A DNA stretch of 64,000 bases from an uncultured Clostridia bacterium (GTDB lineage Bacteria; Bacillota; Clostridia; Tissierellales; Dethiosulfatibacteraceae). Positions within the stretch are counted from its first letter, which is position 1. The number at the start of each line of letters is the position of its first letter. A program made the translations under genes and the position numbers. This document shows, piece by piece, positions 9,650-19,492 of the stretch. Below the pieces are notes generated by a model. It was not told where the DNA came from. It saw only the letters and a program-made list of their open reading frames with translations, and ran no database searches. The stretch is taken from positions 129,282 to 193,281 of the forward strand of contig CAZIKK010000002.1 of the NCBI GenBank assembly GCA_964539975.1. The letters run 5' to 3'.

Positions 9650-10624
9650 TCAAATTAAGAACAATACCACTGAGACACACCCAAACACTACCGAAACGAG
9701 CCAAAACTTCCTAACTACTTCCTTCTCAGTAAAGCCTTTTTGCTCATAATGATGATGTAAGGGGCTCATCAAAAACACTCTTCTACCCGTTCTTTTAAAG
9801 ACGACTACTTGAATCACAACTGATAAAGTTTCTGCCATAAACACGGCTCCGAGTATCGGAAAAATAATAACAGTCCCTGTTAGAATCATAAGAGAAGCAA
9901 CAAGCCCACCTAAAGCTAGTGATCCCACATCGCCCATAAATATCCTAGCTGGGTATTTGTTGAAGACTAAAAAACCAATTAAAGAACCTATCCCTGTAGC
10001 AATTATCAAAAAAAAGTTCTCATTTATCATAATTGTGTTTTCCGCTAAGTAGAAAATACTTCCCAAAAAAAACAAAAAAACAATTGTCACCCCTGATGCC
10101 AAACCATCAAGTCCATCTGTCAAATTAACACTATTCACTATTCCTATGACGACAATTATTGCAAACGGAAAATATAAATAGCCTAGATTTATAACTTCAT
10201 TTAGTATAGGTATATATATTCGGCCTCCCATCTCGCTGATAAAAAACTGATACCCTACGAGCATTCCTGCAAAAATAATCTGCCCTATTATCTTCTGATA
10301 AGCTCTTAGACCAAGATTCCTTTTTTTGACAACTTTAATGTAATCGTCCAAAAATCCAACCCCACCTAACCCAAGTGTTGCAATAATTAGGATCGCCACT
10401 TCCGTTTGTTTGTCAATAAACAAGCTGTAAACAAAGATAATAGATAGTATGAAAACTACGCCTCCCATTGTTGGAGTGCCTGTTTTCGCGTAGTGGGTTG
10501 ATGGTCCTTCTTCTCTAACAACTTGTCCAAATTTAAGTTTTGTTAAGAATGGGATCGTTTTAGGAACTAATAACCAAACGAGCAAAAAGGAAACAGTCCC
10601 TGTCAATAGTATTTTATGAATCAT
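9650..10624 (-). CDS. mraY: phospho-MurNAc-pentapeptide translocase MraY
   Basis: Polytopic protein with MraY motifs (GTPTMGG, NLTDGLDGLA, MGDVGSLALGG, HHHYE). Confidence 0.97.
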   Translation of the reverse strand: MIHKILLTGTVSFLLVWLLVPKTIPFLTKLKFGQVVREEGPSTHYAKTGTPTMGGVVFILSIIFVYSLFIDKQTEVAILIIATLGLGGVGFLDDYIKVVKKRNLGLRAYQKIIGQIIFAGMLVGYQFFISEMGGRIYIPILNEVINLGYLYFPFAIIVVIGIVNSVNLTDGLDGLASGVTIVFLFFLGSIFYLAENTIMINENFFLIIATGIGSLIGFLVFNKYPARIFMGDVGSLALGGLVASLMILTGTVIIFPILGAVFMAETLSVVIQVVVFKRTGRRVFLMSPLHHHYEQKGFTEKEVVRKFWLVSVVFGCVSVVLFLI

Positions 10625-12107
10625 TTCTAATCATATCCTTTAATTCTTTTCTAGCAATCGCCTCTTGTGCTATTTTTTTTTCATCATATGGAATCTTTTT
10701 ATCCCCAATGATTTGATAAGGTTCTGTAGATTTGCCAGCTAGCAAAATAGTGTCTCCTTCTTGATAATTGTCAATGAGATAGCTGATCGCTTCATCTCTT
10801 TCAATTATTATTTTATAATTTAAATGGTATCTGCTCACACCTTGGGCTATTTCATTGCAAATGGTGTATGGGTCTTCATTTACAGGGTTATCCGATGTTA
10901 ACACGATAAAATCACAATATTTACCTGCGACTTCTCCCATTTTAGCCCTTCTTGACCGATCTCTTTCTCCTTGTGCGCCAAATAGAACAATTTTCCTCCC
11001 TTTGGCAAATTGTTCTATCGTTTCCATGACCTTTTCTAACCCATCTGGTGTATGAGCAAAATCAACTATAATTGTACAACCCAGTTTGGTTGGCAAGAAT
11101 TCAAACCTTCCAGCCACTCCGTTTATTTTTGAAATGGAATCAATTGCTTCAACTAAAGGGATTCCTTCAAGATGAGCTGCAATAACAGCAGCTGTGTAAT
11201 TATAAATATTAAACTTCCCAGGCGTTCTTATCGTCGCTGGATATTCAGACTCTCCAAAAATAATAGCGAATGTACAGCCTTCTTTGGTAATCTTAGTCTT
11301 GCTTATTATATAATCTGTTTTTTCTTCTGATGAATACCCAACAACATGAAGCCCTTCATTTGACAGTTCTTTGTATAGCCTTTTACCATAGAGGTCGTCG
11401 ATGTTGATGACTGCTGATTTGCATTGTAAAAAGAATTTCTTCTTTGCTTGGTAATAGTTTTCCATCGTATGATGAAATATCAAATGATCTTCTGTTAGAT
11501 TTGTGAACACACCCACTTTAAACATGAGATTTTTTACACGGAATAATTCTGTAGCATGTGAGGAAACTTCCATGAAGCATCTGCTGACATTTTGCTTCTT
11601 CATTTCTGTTAATAGTTCATGCAAATCTGGCGCTTCAGGTGTTGTGTTTTCAAGGGATAGTTTTTTCTCTCCTATCACAGCCCCCATAGTACCAATAACT
11701 CCTACCACCTTCTGATGTCTACAGAATATTTCTTTAAGTATATAGGTAATGCTGGTCTTGCCATTTGTCCCTGTCACTCCAACAAGGTTTTCAATCATGT
11801 CATTTTTTTTCAGTGAAAATGATAAGTCAGCCATTGAAGCTCTCGAGTTCTCGACCACAATGAAAGTTGTTTCTGAAAAGCCTTCAGGGATTTCCTCGCA
11901 TAAAACCACTTTGCATCCTCTAGATATTGCATCTGGTATAAACAAATGACCGTCTACTTTCATCCCTCGTACCGCTGTGAAAATTGTATCTTCAGAGGCG
12001 TTTCTTGAATCATAAACGACTTTGTTGACATTGATTTTGTCATCTCCAAGAAACGACTTGTATTTTATATCACACATAATCTCATCCAATCTCATTTTGA
12101 CCCTCAC
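10614..12107 (-). CDS. murE: UDP-MurNAc-L-Ala-D-Glu:diamino-acid ligase MurE
   Basis: Mur ligase P-loop GVTGTNGKTS, FTNLTEDHL, C-terminal LTSDNPVNEDP (variant of the DNPR motif, see findings). Confidence 0.93.
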   Translation of the reverse strand: MRVKMRLDEIMCDIKYKSFLGDDKINVNKVVYDSRNASEDTIFTAVRGMKVDGHLFIPDAISRGCKVVLCEEIPEGFSETTFIVVENSRASMADLSFSLKKNDMIENLVGVTGTNGKTSITYILKEIFCRHQKVVGVIGTMGAVIGEKKLSLENTTPEAPDLHELLTEMKKQNVSRCFMEVSSHATELFRVKNLMFKVGVFTNLTEDHLIFHHTMENYYQAKKKFFLQCKSAVINIDDLYGKRLYKELSNEGLHVVGYSSEEKTDYIISKTKITKEGCTFAIIFGESEYPATIRTPGKFNIYNYTAAVIAAHLEGIPLVEAIDSISKINGVAGRFEFLPTKLGCTIIVDFAHTPDGLEKVMETIEQFAKGRKIVLFGAQGERDRSRRAKMGEVAGKYCDFIVLTSDNPVNEDPYTICNEIAQGVSRYHLNYKIIIERDEAISYLIDNYQEGDTILLAGKSTEPYQIIGDKKIPYDEKKIAQEAIARKELKDMIRNDS

Positions 12108-12163
12108 ATTGATTTGTCATAAACAATCATAATACTAAAGCCCCTTAAAATCAACTTGTATAT

Positions 12164-14269
12164 TTAATTCAACATGATAGTGATGACAGATCCTTTGACT
12201 ACCTCTGTACCCTCTTTTGGATATTGGTCCTTGACCAAAATATCTTCTTCTACATGAAGTGTCACATTGTGGTTCAAACCAATTCTTTCAAGTTCTATAC
12301 TAGCTTCTTTCAAGCTCATGCCTACTACGTTTGGAACCGTCACATATGAACTTTCGATTTTTACAATCTCTTCTTCAGTATACATTGGGTGTATATTCAT
12401 ATATTGTAGCGTGTCTTCAATTAACTGACCCACTAAAGGAGCGGCAATCACAGATCCATAATATGAATCTTTTGGTTCGTCAATAATTAATAATGCTACA
12501 ATTTCTGGATTGTAAGTAGGTGCAGCGGCAACAAAAGAAGTAATATAAAGATCATCTGAATACCTTCCATTCACGACTTTTTGAGCTGTTCCAGTTTTCC
12601 CTCCAACGCTGTATCCTGGGACGTAAGCACTTGCTCCTGAGCCCTCTGTAACTACTGATTCCATAACCTGTAACATTTGTCTACTCGTTTCCTCAGAAAA
12701 AACTTTTCTTACCGTCTCTGTTGGAAACTCCTCTACAATCTTTCCATCGTTATCAATCAGTTGTTTGACCAATCTAGGTTTTACCAAATCGCCACCGTTT
12801 GCAAGCGTAGAAATCGCAGAAATCAATTGAATTGGCGTAACCGATATCCCTTGTCCAAATGATTGCGTAACTGTGTGTACATCTCTCATGTTTTCTGGTG
12901 GATTTACGATGCCCGATGCTTCTCCATTCAGTTGTATCCCCGTTCTTTCTCCAAATCCTAAAGCTTGTAAATAGTGATGAAACACATCTTTTCCTATGGA
13001 TAAACCGATCTCTGCAGTTCCATCATTGCATGAATTTTGCATCACTTCAGCCAAAGTTTGTTCGCCGTGAGGGTTGTAGTATCGCCAGCATTTTATAGTC
13101 GTTTCACTTTCTATCCCATCAACATATCCGTCACAATAATAAGTGGTTTCCATATTGGCTTTGTTCTCTTCCAAAGCGATTGCTGCTGTCAATAATTTAA
13201 AAGTTGAGCCTGGTTCATATAAGTCGTTAACAGCAATATTTCGCCATAAAGCATACCATTCTTTTTGCAAAGCTTCATTTGATAAGTTTCCCCAGTACGC
13301 CCCCATCTCGTCATCAAATGGCTCTCTTGGGTAGTTTGGATCATATGAAGGCTTGCTCGCCATGCCTAATATATCACCATTATTTGGGTTCATCATGATA
13401 ATGGTTGCGCTCAAAGCTTGGTTCTCATAATAAGCTTTTTCAACAACTATCTCTGCATAGTGTTGTATCACTTCATCTATTGTCAAAACCACATTTAACC
13501 CATCCGTTGGCGGATAATACCTTTCAAATCCACTAAAAGGTAGCTCTATCCCATTGCCATCTGTATTAACAACTCTTCTACCTGGTTCACCCGTGAGATA
13601 ATCGTTAAACGTGCTTTCAATGCCATACATCCCAATTTGGTCGATATTGGTGAATCCTAAAATATGTGACGCAAAATTTCCATATGGATACACTCGCTTC
13701 GTATCCTCTATTACGCTTATTCCATTGAGATTATGCGATCTTATCTGCTCAGCTTGCGAAACGGTGATCCACCTCTTTATTGGTACATAATCTCTGGCAC
13801 TTGTTATCATCTCGTATACTTCGTCATAGTCCATCTCAAGAATCCGTGACAAAATCCCTGCTATCTCTTCTGGTTTTTTTGTTCCATTATCTTCAACGTA
13901 TTCAATAGTCTTTGGTTCTACATCTTCCTTTCGTCTGAAAATATTTAATATTTCAAACAACCATCCTTCGTTTGATGGCAATTCCTCTTCATGTGTTTTG
14001 ATAGACTTCATGACATCTCGAGGAAAGCAGACAACTGTGTCAGATTTCGTGCTAACAGCAAGTTTTTTTCCTTTGCTGTCATAAATAGTGCCTCTGCTTG
14101 CATTAATTGTAACATCTCTTGACCACTGGCTAAAAGCTTCCTTTTTGTAGGCCTCTCCTTTAATCAGTTGTATCGTTCCTAAACGAAATACTAAAACTGC
14201 ATTTAAGATAAAAAAAAGAAACATTAGGAAAATGGTTCTTTTTTTTATGCTCAGATTAGGTTTTGCCAT
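12164..14269 (-). CDS. class B penicillin-binding protein (FtsI/PBP2B/SpoVD type) with one PASTA domain
   Basis: N-terminal TM, dimerisation domain, transpeptidase motifs STFK, SCN, KTGTA, and a C-terminal PASTA (VTVPNVVGMSLKEASIELERIGL). Confidence 0.95.
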   Translation of the reverse strand: MAKPNLSIKKRTIFLMFLFFILNAVLVFRLGTIQLIKGEAYKKEAFSQWSRDVTINASRGTIYDSKGKKLAVSTKSDTVVCFPRDVMKSIKTHEEELPSNEGWLFEILNIFRRKEDVEPKTIEYVEDNGTKKPEEIAGILSRILEMDYDEVYEMITSARDYVPIKRWITVSQAEQIRSHNLNGISVIEDTKRVYPYGNFASHILGFTNIDQIGMYGIESTFNDYLTGEPGRRVVNTDGNGIELPFSGFERYYPPTDGLNVVLTIDEVIQHYAEIVVEKAYYENQALSATIIMMNPNNGDILGMASKPSYDPNYPREPFDDEMGAYWGNLSNEALQKEWYALWRNIAVNDLYEPGSTFKLLTAAIALEENKANMETTYYCDGYVDGIESETTIKCWRYYNPHGEQTLAEVMQNSCNDGTAEIGLSIGKDVFHHYLQALGFGERTGIQLNGEASGIVNPPENMRDVHTVTQSFGQGISVTPIQLISAISTLANGGDLVKPRLVKQLIDNDGKIVEEFPTETVRKVFSEETSRQMLQVMESVVTEGSGASAYVPGYSVGGKTGTAQKVVNGRYSDDLYITSFVAAAPTYNPEIVALLIIDEPKDSYYGSVIAAPLVGQLIEDTLQYMNIHPMYTEEEIVKIESSYVTVPNVVGMSLKEASIELERIGLNHNVTLHVEEDILVKDQYPKEGTEVVKGSVITIMLN

Positions 14270-14761
14270 TTATATCCCCTCGTTTTTGAGTAATGCAAAG
14301 GTTTTTTCAACCAAACTCTCGAAAAATGCACTTTCTTTTTCATGGTTGTACGCAAAATTGTTATCTAGAACGCCTGTGAAATTAACAGAAACCATTTGAT
14401 TTTGATGGCTTTTTGCATAATCCATCCCTAAGAAATTCATCGCATTTTCTTCTATCACATTAGAGTTTTTTATCGTTTCAAGGGCTATTGTCATATCTTC
14501 TTTTTGCTTAGAAAGTAAATCTATTTCTCTACTTAAATCATGAATTTCCATCTTTGTCTGAGTTATCAATGCATAATTGAAAATCATCCCTAAAGCAAGC
14601 ATGAATATTATCCCACCATACACAAAATACTTTAACTGAATACATGTTGATTGGTTTTTGCATTTTTTCCTTTTAGATTTTACCATAGCCTCTTCTTTAA
14701 TGCTATAGTATTTTTCGATATCACTATAATCAATATATCTCTTTTCTCTTATGGTTGACAT
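14270..14761 (-). CDS. ftsL: FtsL-like cell division protein
   Basis: Single TM (FVYGGIIFMLALGMIFNYALI) followed by a coiled segment (MEIHDLSREIDLLSKQKEDM); canonical position between rsmH and the PBP gene. Confidence 0.7.
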   Translation of the reverse strand: MSTIREKRYIDYSDIEKYYSIKEEAMVKSKRKKCKNQSTCIQLKYFVYGGIIFMLALGMIFNYALITQTKMEIHDLSREIDLLSKQKEDMTIALETIKNSNVIEENAMNFLGMDYAKSHQNQMVSVNFTGVLDNNFAYNHEKESAFFESLVEKTFALLKNEGI

Positions 14762-14770
14762 CGTATCACC

Positions 14771-15700
14771 TCACACTTTCTCAATTATTCTAAGCTTAGC
14801 GCTTCTTGCTCTTGGATTTTCTTCAACCTCTTTGTTTGAAGGTGTCATTGGCTTTCTTGTTATAATCCTGATCGATTGTTGTTTTTCACAAGTGCAAATC
14901 GGTTGTCCTTCTGGACAAACACACTCTTTAGCTAGTTCTTTGAAAGTATTTTTCACAATTCTATCTTCTAAAGAATGAAACGTTATGATGCAAAGCCTTC
15001 CATTTGGCTTCATCCTAGTCACCAGTTTTTCAATCGTTTCAATAATGATGTCTAGTTCTTTGTTAACTTCTATTCGAATTGCCTGAAAGGTTCGTTTTGC
15101 AGGATGAGGCCCCTCTCTTCTCGCACCTTTTGGTATCGCTTTCTTTATAATGCTTACTAACTGAAAGGTCGTTTCTATAAAGGCGTGTTTTCTTTCTTCA
15201 ACAATGAATTGTGCAATTCTTGCAGCCCACTTTTCCTCTCCGTATTCTTGTAGAATTCGTCGTAGTTCTTCTTCTGTATAGCCATTGACAATATGTCTAG
15301 CTGACACTTTTTGAGACCTGTCCATTCTCATGTCCAATGGCGCATCTTGCATATAACTGAATCCTCTTTCCGCATTGTCTAATTGATAAGACGAAACTCC
15401 TAGATCCATCAAAGCACCATCAATTAGCGTTATATTTAAACTATCAAGCACCTCGTCTATGTTCTTAAAGTTACTATGTGCAACCCTTACATTGTCAATT
15501 TCCAAATGTTTTTTCTTAAAGTTTTCAATCGCATCAATGTCTTGATCTATTCCAATTATTATCCCTTTGGGGCTTTGTCTTGCCATCGCAAGTGCATGAC
15601 CACCGCCCCCAAGCGTACAGTCTACATATATTCCATTCTCTTTGATATCTAGTCCTCTAATTGCTTCTTCAAATAAAACTGATCTATGATGAAAAGTCAT
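14771..15700 (-). CDS. rsmH: 16S rRNA m4C1402 methyltransferase RsmH (MraW)
   Basis: HRSVLFEE start, SAM site DCTLGGGGHA, FHSLEDRIVK and SAKLR motifs. Confidence 0.97.
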   Translation of the reverse strand: MTFHHRSVLFEEAIRGLDIKENGIYVDCTLGGGGHALAMARQSPKGIIIGIDQDIDAIENFKKKHLEIDNVRVAHSNFKNIDEVLDSLNITLIDGALMDLGVSSYQLDNAERGFSYMQDAPLDMRMDRSQKVSARHIVNGYTEEELRRILQEYGEEKWAARIAQFIVEERKHAFIETTFQLVSIIKKAIPKGARREGPHPAKRTFQAIRIEVNKELDIIIETIEKLVTRMKPNGRLCIITFHSLEDRIVKNTFKELAKECVCPEGQPICTCEKQQSIRIITRKPMTPSNKEVEENPRARSAKLRIIEKV

Positions 15701-15709
15701 ACACGCCTC

Positions 15710-16147
15710 CTACAGATCAAGACCTAATTCCGACATTTTTTCTGCAATGTTTTCAAAATTCATTTCATTTTCTAATGAATAAGATTCCCAAACTTTTTTA
15801 CTCCAAATTTCTATTCTGTCCAAAACACCAATTATAACAACTTCATCTTTCAACTCACTATATTCTCTCAAGTTTGATGGCAGTAAAAGCCTACCTTGTC
15901 TGTCGACGTTGCATTCAGAAAAACCTGACAAAAATCTTCTGGAGAAAAATCGATGTTCCGCACTTAATACAGATAGTTTTTTTAACTTGGATGAAAACTC
16001 TTCCCAAGTTTTATAGGGGTAAACAAACAAGCACTTATCCAATCCTTTGCCAATAAAAACATTCCCTCCTAATTCTTCGCGAAACCGGGAAGGTATGATT
16101 ACTCTGCTTTTATTATCAAACGTATGGAAATATTCCCCTGTAAACAC
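15710..16147 (-). CDS. mraZ: transcriptional regulator MraZ
   Basis: Two DxxxR repeats (DNKSRVIIPSRFRE and DRQGRLLLPSNLRE). GTG start at 16147 is preceded by AGGTGGTGG. Confidence 0.95.
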   Translation of the reverse strand: MFTGEYFHTFDNKSRVIIPSRFREELGGNVFIGKGLDKCLFVYPYKTWEEFSSKLKKLSVLSAEHRFFSRRFLSGFSECNVDRQGRLLLPSNLREYSELKDEVVIIGVLDRIEIWSKKVWESYSLENEMNFENIAEKMSELGLDL

Positions 16148-16153
16148 CTTTCC

Positions 16154-16200
16154 ACCACCTTATGGGTATATTATACCACATCGTGGGTTTTTTGCACCAC
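16154..16200 (-). promoter_or_regulatory. putative mraZ promoter (extended -10 TGTGGTATAAT, -10 at 16170-16175) overlapped by three phased GTGGT boxes
   Basis: The minus strand reads AAAGTGGTGCAAAAAACCCACGATGTGGTATAATATACCCATAAGGTGGTGG. GTGGT occurs at 16196-16200, 16175-16179 and 16154-16158, exactly 21 nt apart. Confidence 0.5.
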
Positions 16201-16223
16201 TTTTTTGTTTTTTCTGGCCAATT

Positions 16224-16265
16224 AAAAAAGAGTCTGACACTTTAAAAATTGTCAGACTCTTTTTG
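16224..16265 (-). terminator. intrinsic terminator after lgt (symmetrical, A-run/T-run on both sides)
   Basis: AAAAAAGAGTCTGAC-N12-GTCAGACTCTTTTT: a 9-bp perfect stem, 17 nt downstream of the lgt stop. Confidence 0.8.
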
Positions 16266-16281
16266 TCCTTAATTAAGACTA

Positions 16282-17013
16282 TTAATATTTTGTTCGTGAT
16301 TTTGCCCTAATAATCATCACTCCAGCGACAATGAAAGCAACGCTCGTTATTTGAGCGACTCTTAAGTTAGCGAAGTAAAGGCTGTCCGTTCTTAAACCTT
16401 CCACCCAAAATCTTCCGAATGAATATAAAATCAAATAATAAGCAAATATCTGCCCATCAAATGTCTGCTTCTTTTGTCTAAACCAGATGAGAAAAGCAAA
16501 AACCAATAGATTCCAAATTGACTCATATAGAAATGTCGGGTGCACTTTACTTCCTTCTATTAGGATCCCCCATGGCAGGCTCGTTTCAACCCCGTAAGCT
16601 TCTTGATTAACATAGTTTCCCCATCTTCCAATTCCCTGTGCTAATACAAAACTTGGCGCAGTAATATCTGCGAGTTTCCAAAACTCTGCCTTTCTAATTC
16701 GACAAAAGATGATGCCTGCCAAAAATGCTGCGAGAAGGCCTCCGTGTATCGCAAGACCGCCTCCTCGAATATTAAGCACCTCTTTTAAGTTATTTCTATA
16801 GTATTCCAAGTTAAAAATGACATAATACAGTCTAGCACCCACAATCGCAGAAGGAATTCCTATCATGATTACATCTAGTAGATCATTCTCCTTAAATCCT
16901 ACTTTTCTGCCTTGTTTAATAGCAAGAATAGCGCCTATCAAAACACCTGAGGTAATGAATATGCCATACCACATAATCTCAAGACCAAAAATTTTAAAAG
17001 CTACTGGGTCCAT
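16282..17013 (-). CDS. lgt: prolipoprotein diacylglyceryl transferase Lgt
   Basis: Polytopic; Lgt signature GRWGNYVNQEAYG and HPTFLYES. Confidence 0.95.
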   Translation of the reverse strand: MDPVAFKIFGLEIMWYGIFITSGVLIGAILAIKQGRKVGFKENDLLDVIMIGIPSAIVGARLYYVIFNLEYYRNNLKEVLNIRGGGLAIHGGLLAAFLAGIIFCRIRKAEFWKLADITAPSFVLAQGIGRWGNYVNQEAYGVETSLPWGILIEGSKVHPTFLYESIWNLLVFAFLIWFRQKKQTFDGQIFAYYLILYSFGRFWVEGLRTDSLYFANLRVAQITSVAFIVAGVMIIRAKSRTKY

Positions 17014-17086
17014 CTATGTTCCTCCCAAAATGTTATCGTTTTATAAGTTTTTTCTTTTATTCTAGCACAAAGCTTTATCACCCATT

Positions 17087-19480
17087 CTACCTCAGTTTTG
17101 CATCGAAATCTTTTTCCATGTTACTGATAACTTGATCAAAAATTGCATTCACTTCATTGTCTTGTAGCGTTCTGGAAAATTCTCTGAAAATCAGTGAGAA
17201 GGCCAAACTTTTATGTCCTTCAGGTATTCCTTCCCCTGTATATATGTCAAAAAATTCAACTGATTCAAGATAATCATATCCTTCTTTTTCAAGATTGGTG
17301 ATGATATCACCAACCAGTACACTGTCCTTTACAATTATGGCCATATCTCTTGTTATAGATGGGTATTTGGGGATGCTTTTGAATTTTCTTTCTGTCTTTT
17401 TGAGGGTCAATATGATTTCCAAATTGATTTCTGATAAATATACTCGCTCTTTTATGTCAAATTTCTGGGAAACATCGGGATGTACCTCTCCAAAAGTTCC
17501 CACTATTTTAGATCCATCAACCAGTATAGCTGCTCTTCCTGGATGAAAAGATCTATTTTTTGATTCTGGCACAACATCGATCTGAATTTGATGAAGTTTG
17601 AATAGATTTTCAAGTAGTCCTTTTAACTTGTAAAAATCAGCTTCACCGTACATGCCAATTGAAAGCATTGAAGTTTCTATTGTGTTTTCATCCCTCGGGT
17701 CACCTTTATAATGGAAAACATTTCCAATTTCAAACAATTTCCCATCCTTATTCCCGTATTTAATGTTCTTAGCAACAACCTCCATCATGTTAGGCAGCAT
17801 CGTAGTTCGCATCGAACTGAAATCTTCCCCAAGTGGGTTCATGATTCTTATATCCAAGTTATCGTTAGCGTCTTTCATGTTCATCATGTCATATTTCTTA
17901 GGACTGATAAAAGAATACGTTGTGATCTCTGATAATCCAACACTTGAACAGTAACTTTTGATCTCTTCTTCCAACGCTTTAAGATTTGATCTTGATCCTT
18001 TAAGCAAATCTCCTTTTAATGCTTTTGGTTGAATTTTATCAAACCCATGTATCCTACCAACTTCTTCAATCAAATCAACTTCTTTTTGTATATCGGCTCG
18101 AAAGTGAGGAACTTCTGATTTTATAACTCCATGCTCATAAATACTAGTGATTTCCAAGGAATTGAGGATCTCTACCATTCTTTCCGGCGCAATTTTAATC
18201 CCAAGCAATTCATCGCTTTTGTACGGTCTTAATTGAACCTCGCGTTTGTTAAATATATTATTGCCTACATCATAACATCCATTAACAACAACACCTGCTC
18301 CAATAGCTTCAATAATCTGGCATACTCTTTCATTTGCAAGCACAACATTTTGTGGGGATAGCAGCTTTTCATTTCTTGAAGATGCTTCAGATCTTAGCCC
18401 TAATCTTTTTGATGATAATCGTATCGATTTGGGGTTAAAGTTGGCTGTCTCCATAACAATCAACTGAGTCTTTTCAGTGACTTCTGAATCATATCCTCCC
18501 ATGATACCAGCGATACACTGTGGTGAAAATTCATCTGCTATAACACATACATCCTTATCCAATGTGCGTGTTTCCTTGTCAATCGTCATGATAGATTCAT
18601 CCGGTTCGCTACTTCTAACGACAATTTTTCTTCCTTGCATTTTATCTAGATCAAAAGCATGTAAAGGTTGACCTGTCTCTATCATCACAAAATTTGTTGC
18701 ATCAACAATGTTATTGATGGGTCGCATTCCAGCATCCATAATTTTCCTTTGAAGCCACAACGGAGATGGGCCAATTTTTACATCTTTTATCACTTTTGCA
18801 TAATATCTTGAACACAAATGTGGTGCCTCTATCCGCACTTCTTTTAAATAGGTGCTTACATCGTCCACTGCATTTTCAATTATTATTTTAGGTAATGTTA
18901 GTTTCTTATTAAATGTAGCTGCTGCTTCTCTTGCTATTCCTATTATACTCAAACAATCTGGCCGATTAAAAGTCACCTCGATATCTAAAACAGCTCCTCC
19001 AAACCCGAGGACGTCTTTGATGTTTTTGCCTAGTACTTCGGGTTCTGGAAAAACTACAATGCCATCCCTGGATTCTTTTGGAACTAACTTGTCATCAACT
19101 CCCAACTCATCATAAGAGCACATCATGCCTTGAGATTGTATCCCTATAATTTCTGTTTCTTCGATCTTTTTTCCATTTGGCAATACAGCACCTGGAATGG
19201 CAACAGGAATATAATCTCCTTCCGAAATATTTCTTGCGCCAGTTACAATTTGAATGTGTGATTTGTTTCCAATATCAACCTTTGCAGTTTGAAGATTGTC
19301 ACTTTCTTTGACTTTTTCAAGGGAAATGATCTTTCCAACTATTATATCTTCTGTATTTCTATTCAAATCAATAATAGAGTCTACATGAGAGCCTGTCAAT
19401 GTCAATTGATCAGAAAGCTCTCTTAATCCAATATCCTTTAAATCTACGTATTCTTTTAACCATTTAACTGGTACTAACAT
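17087..19480 (-). CDS. pheT: phenylalanine--tRNA ligase beta subunit
   Basis: MLVPVKWLKEYV start, tRNA-binding OB domain, B3/4, B5 and C-terminal FDX-ACB domains; 797 aa. Confidence 0.97.
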   Translation of the reverse strand: MLVPVKWLKEYVDLKDIGLRELSDQLTLTGSHVDSIIDLNRNTEDIIVGKIISLEKVKESDNLQTAKVDIGNKSHIQIVTGARNISEGDYIPVAIPGAVLPNGKKIEETEIIGIQSQGMMCSYDELGVDDKLVPKESRDGIVVFPEPEVLGKNIKDVLGFGGAVLDIEVTFNRPDCLSIIGIAREAAATFNKKLTLPKIIIENAVDDVSTYLKEVRIEAPHLCSRYYAKVIKDVKIGPSPLWLQRKIMDAGMRPINNIVDATNFVMIETGQPLHAFDLDKMQGRKIVVRSSEPDESIMTIDKETRTLDKDVCVIADEFSPQCIAGIMGGYDSEVTEKTQLIVMETANFNPKSIRLSSKRLGLRSEASSRNEKLLSPQNVVLANERVCQIIEAIGAGVVVNGCYDVGNNIFNKREVQLRPYKSDELLGIKIAPERMVEILNSLEITSIYEHGVIKSEVPHFRADIQKEVDLIEEVGRIHGFDKIQPKALKGDLLKGSRSNLKALEEEIKSYCSSVGLSEITTYSFISPKKYDMMNMKDANDNLDIRIMNPLGEDFSSMRTTMLPNMMEVVAKNIKYGNKDGKLFEIGNVFHYKGDPRDENTIETSMLSIGMYGEADFYKLKGLLENLFKLHQIQIDVVPESKNRSFHPGRAAILVDGSKIVGTFGEVHPDVSQKFDIKERVYLSEINLEIILTLKKTERKFKSIPKYPSITRDMAIIVKDSVLVGDIITNLEKEGYDYLESVEFFDIYTGEGIPEGHKSLAFSLIFREFSRTLQDNEVNAIFDQVISNMEKDFDAKLR

Positions 19481-19492
19481 GATTTTTCCCTC

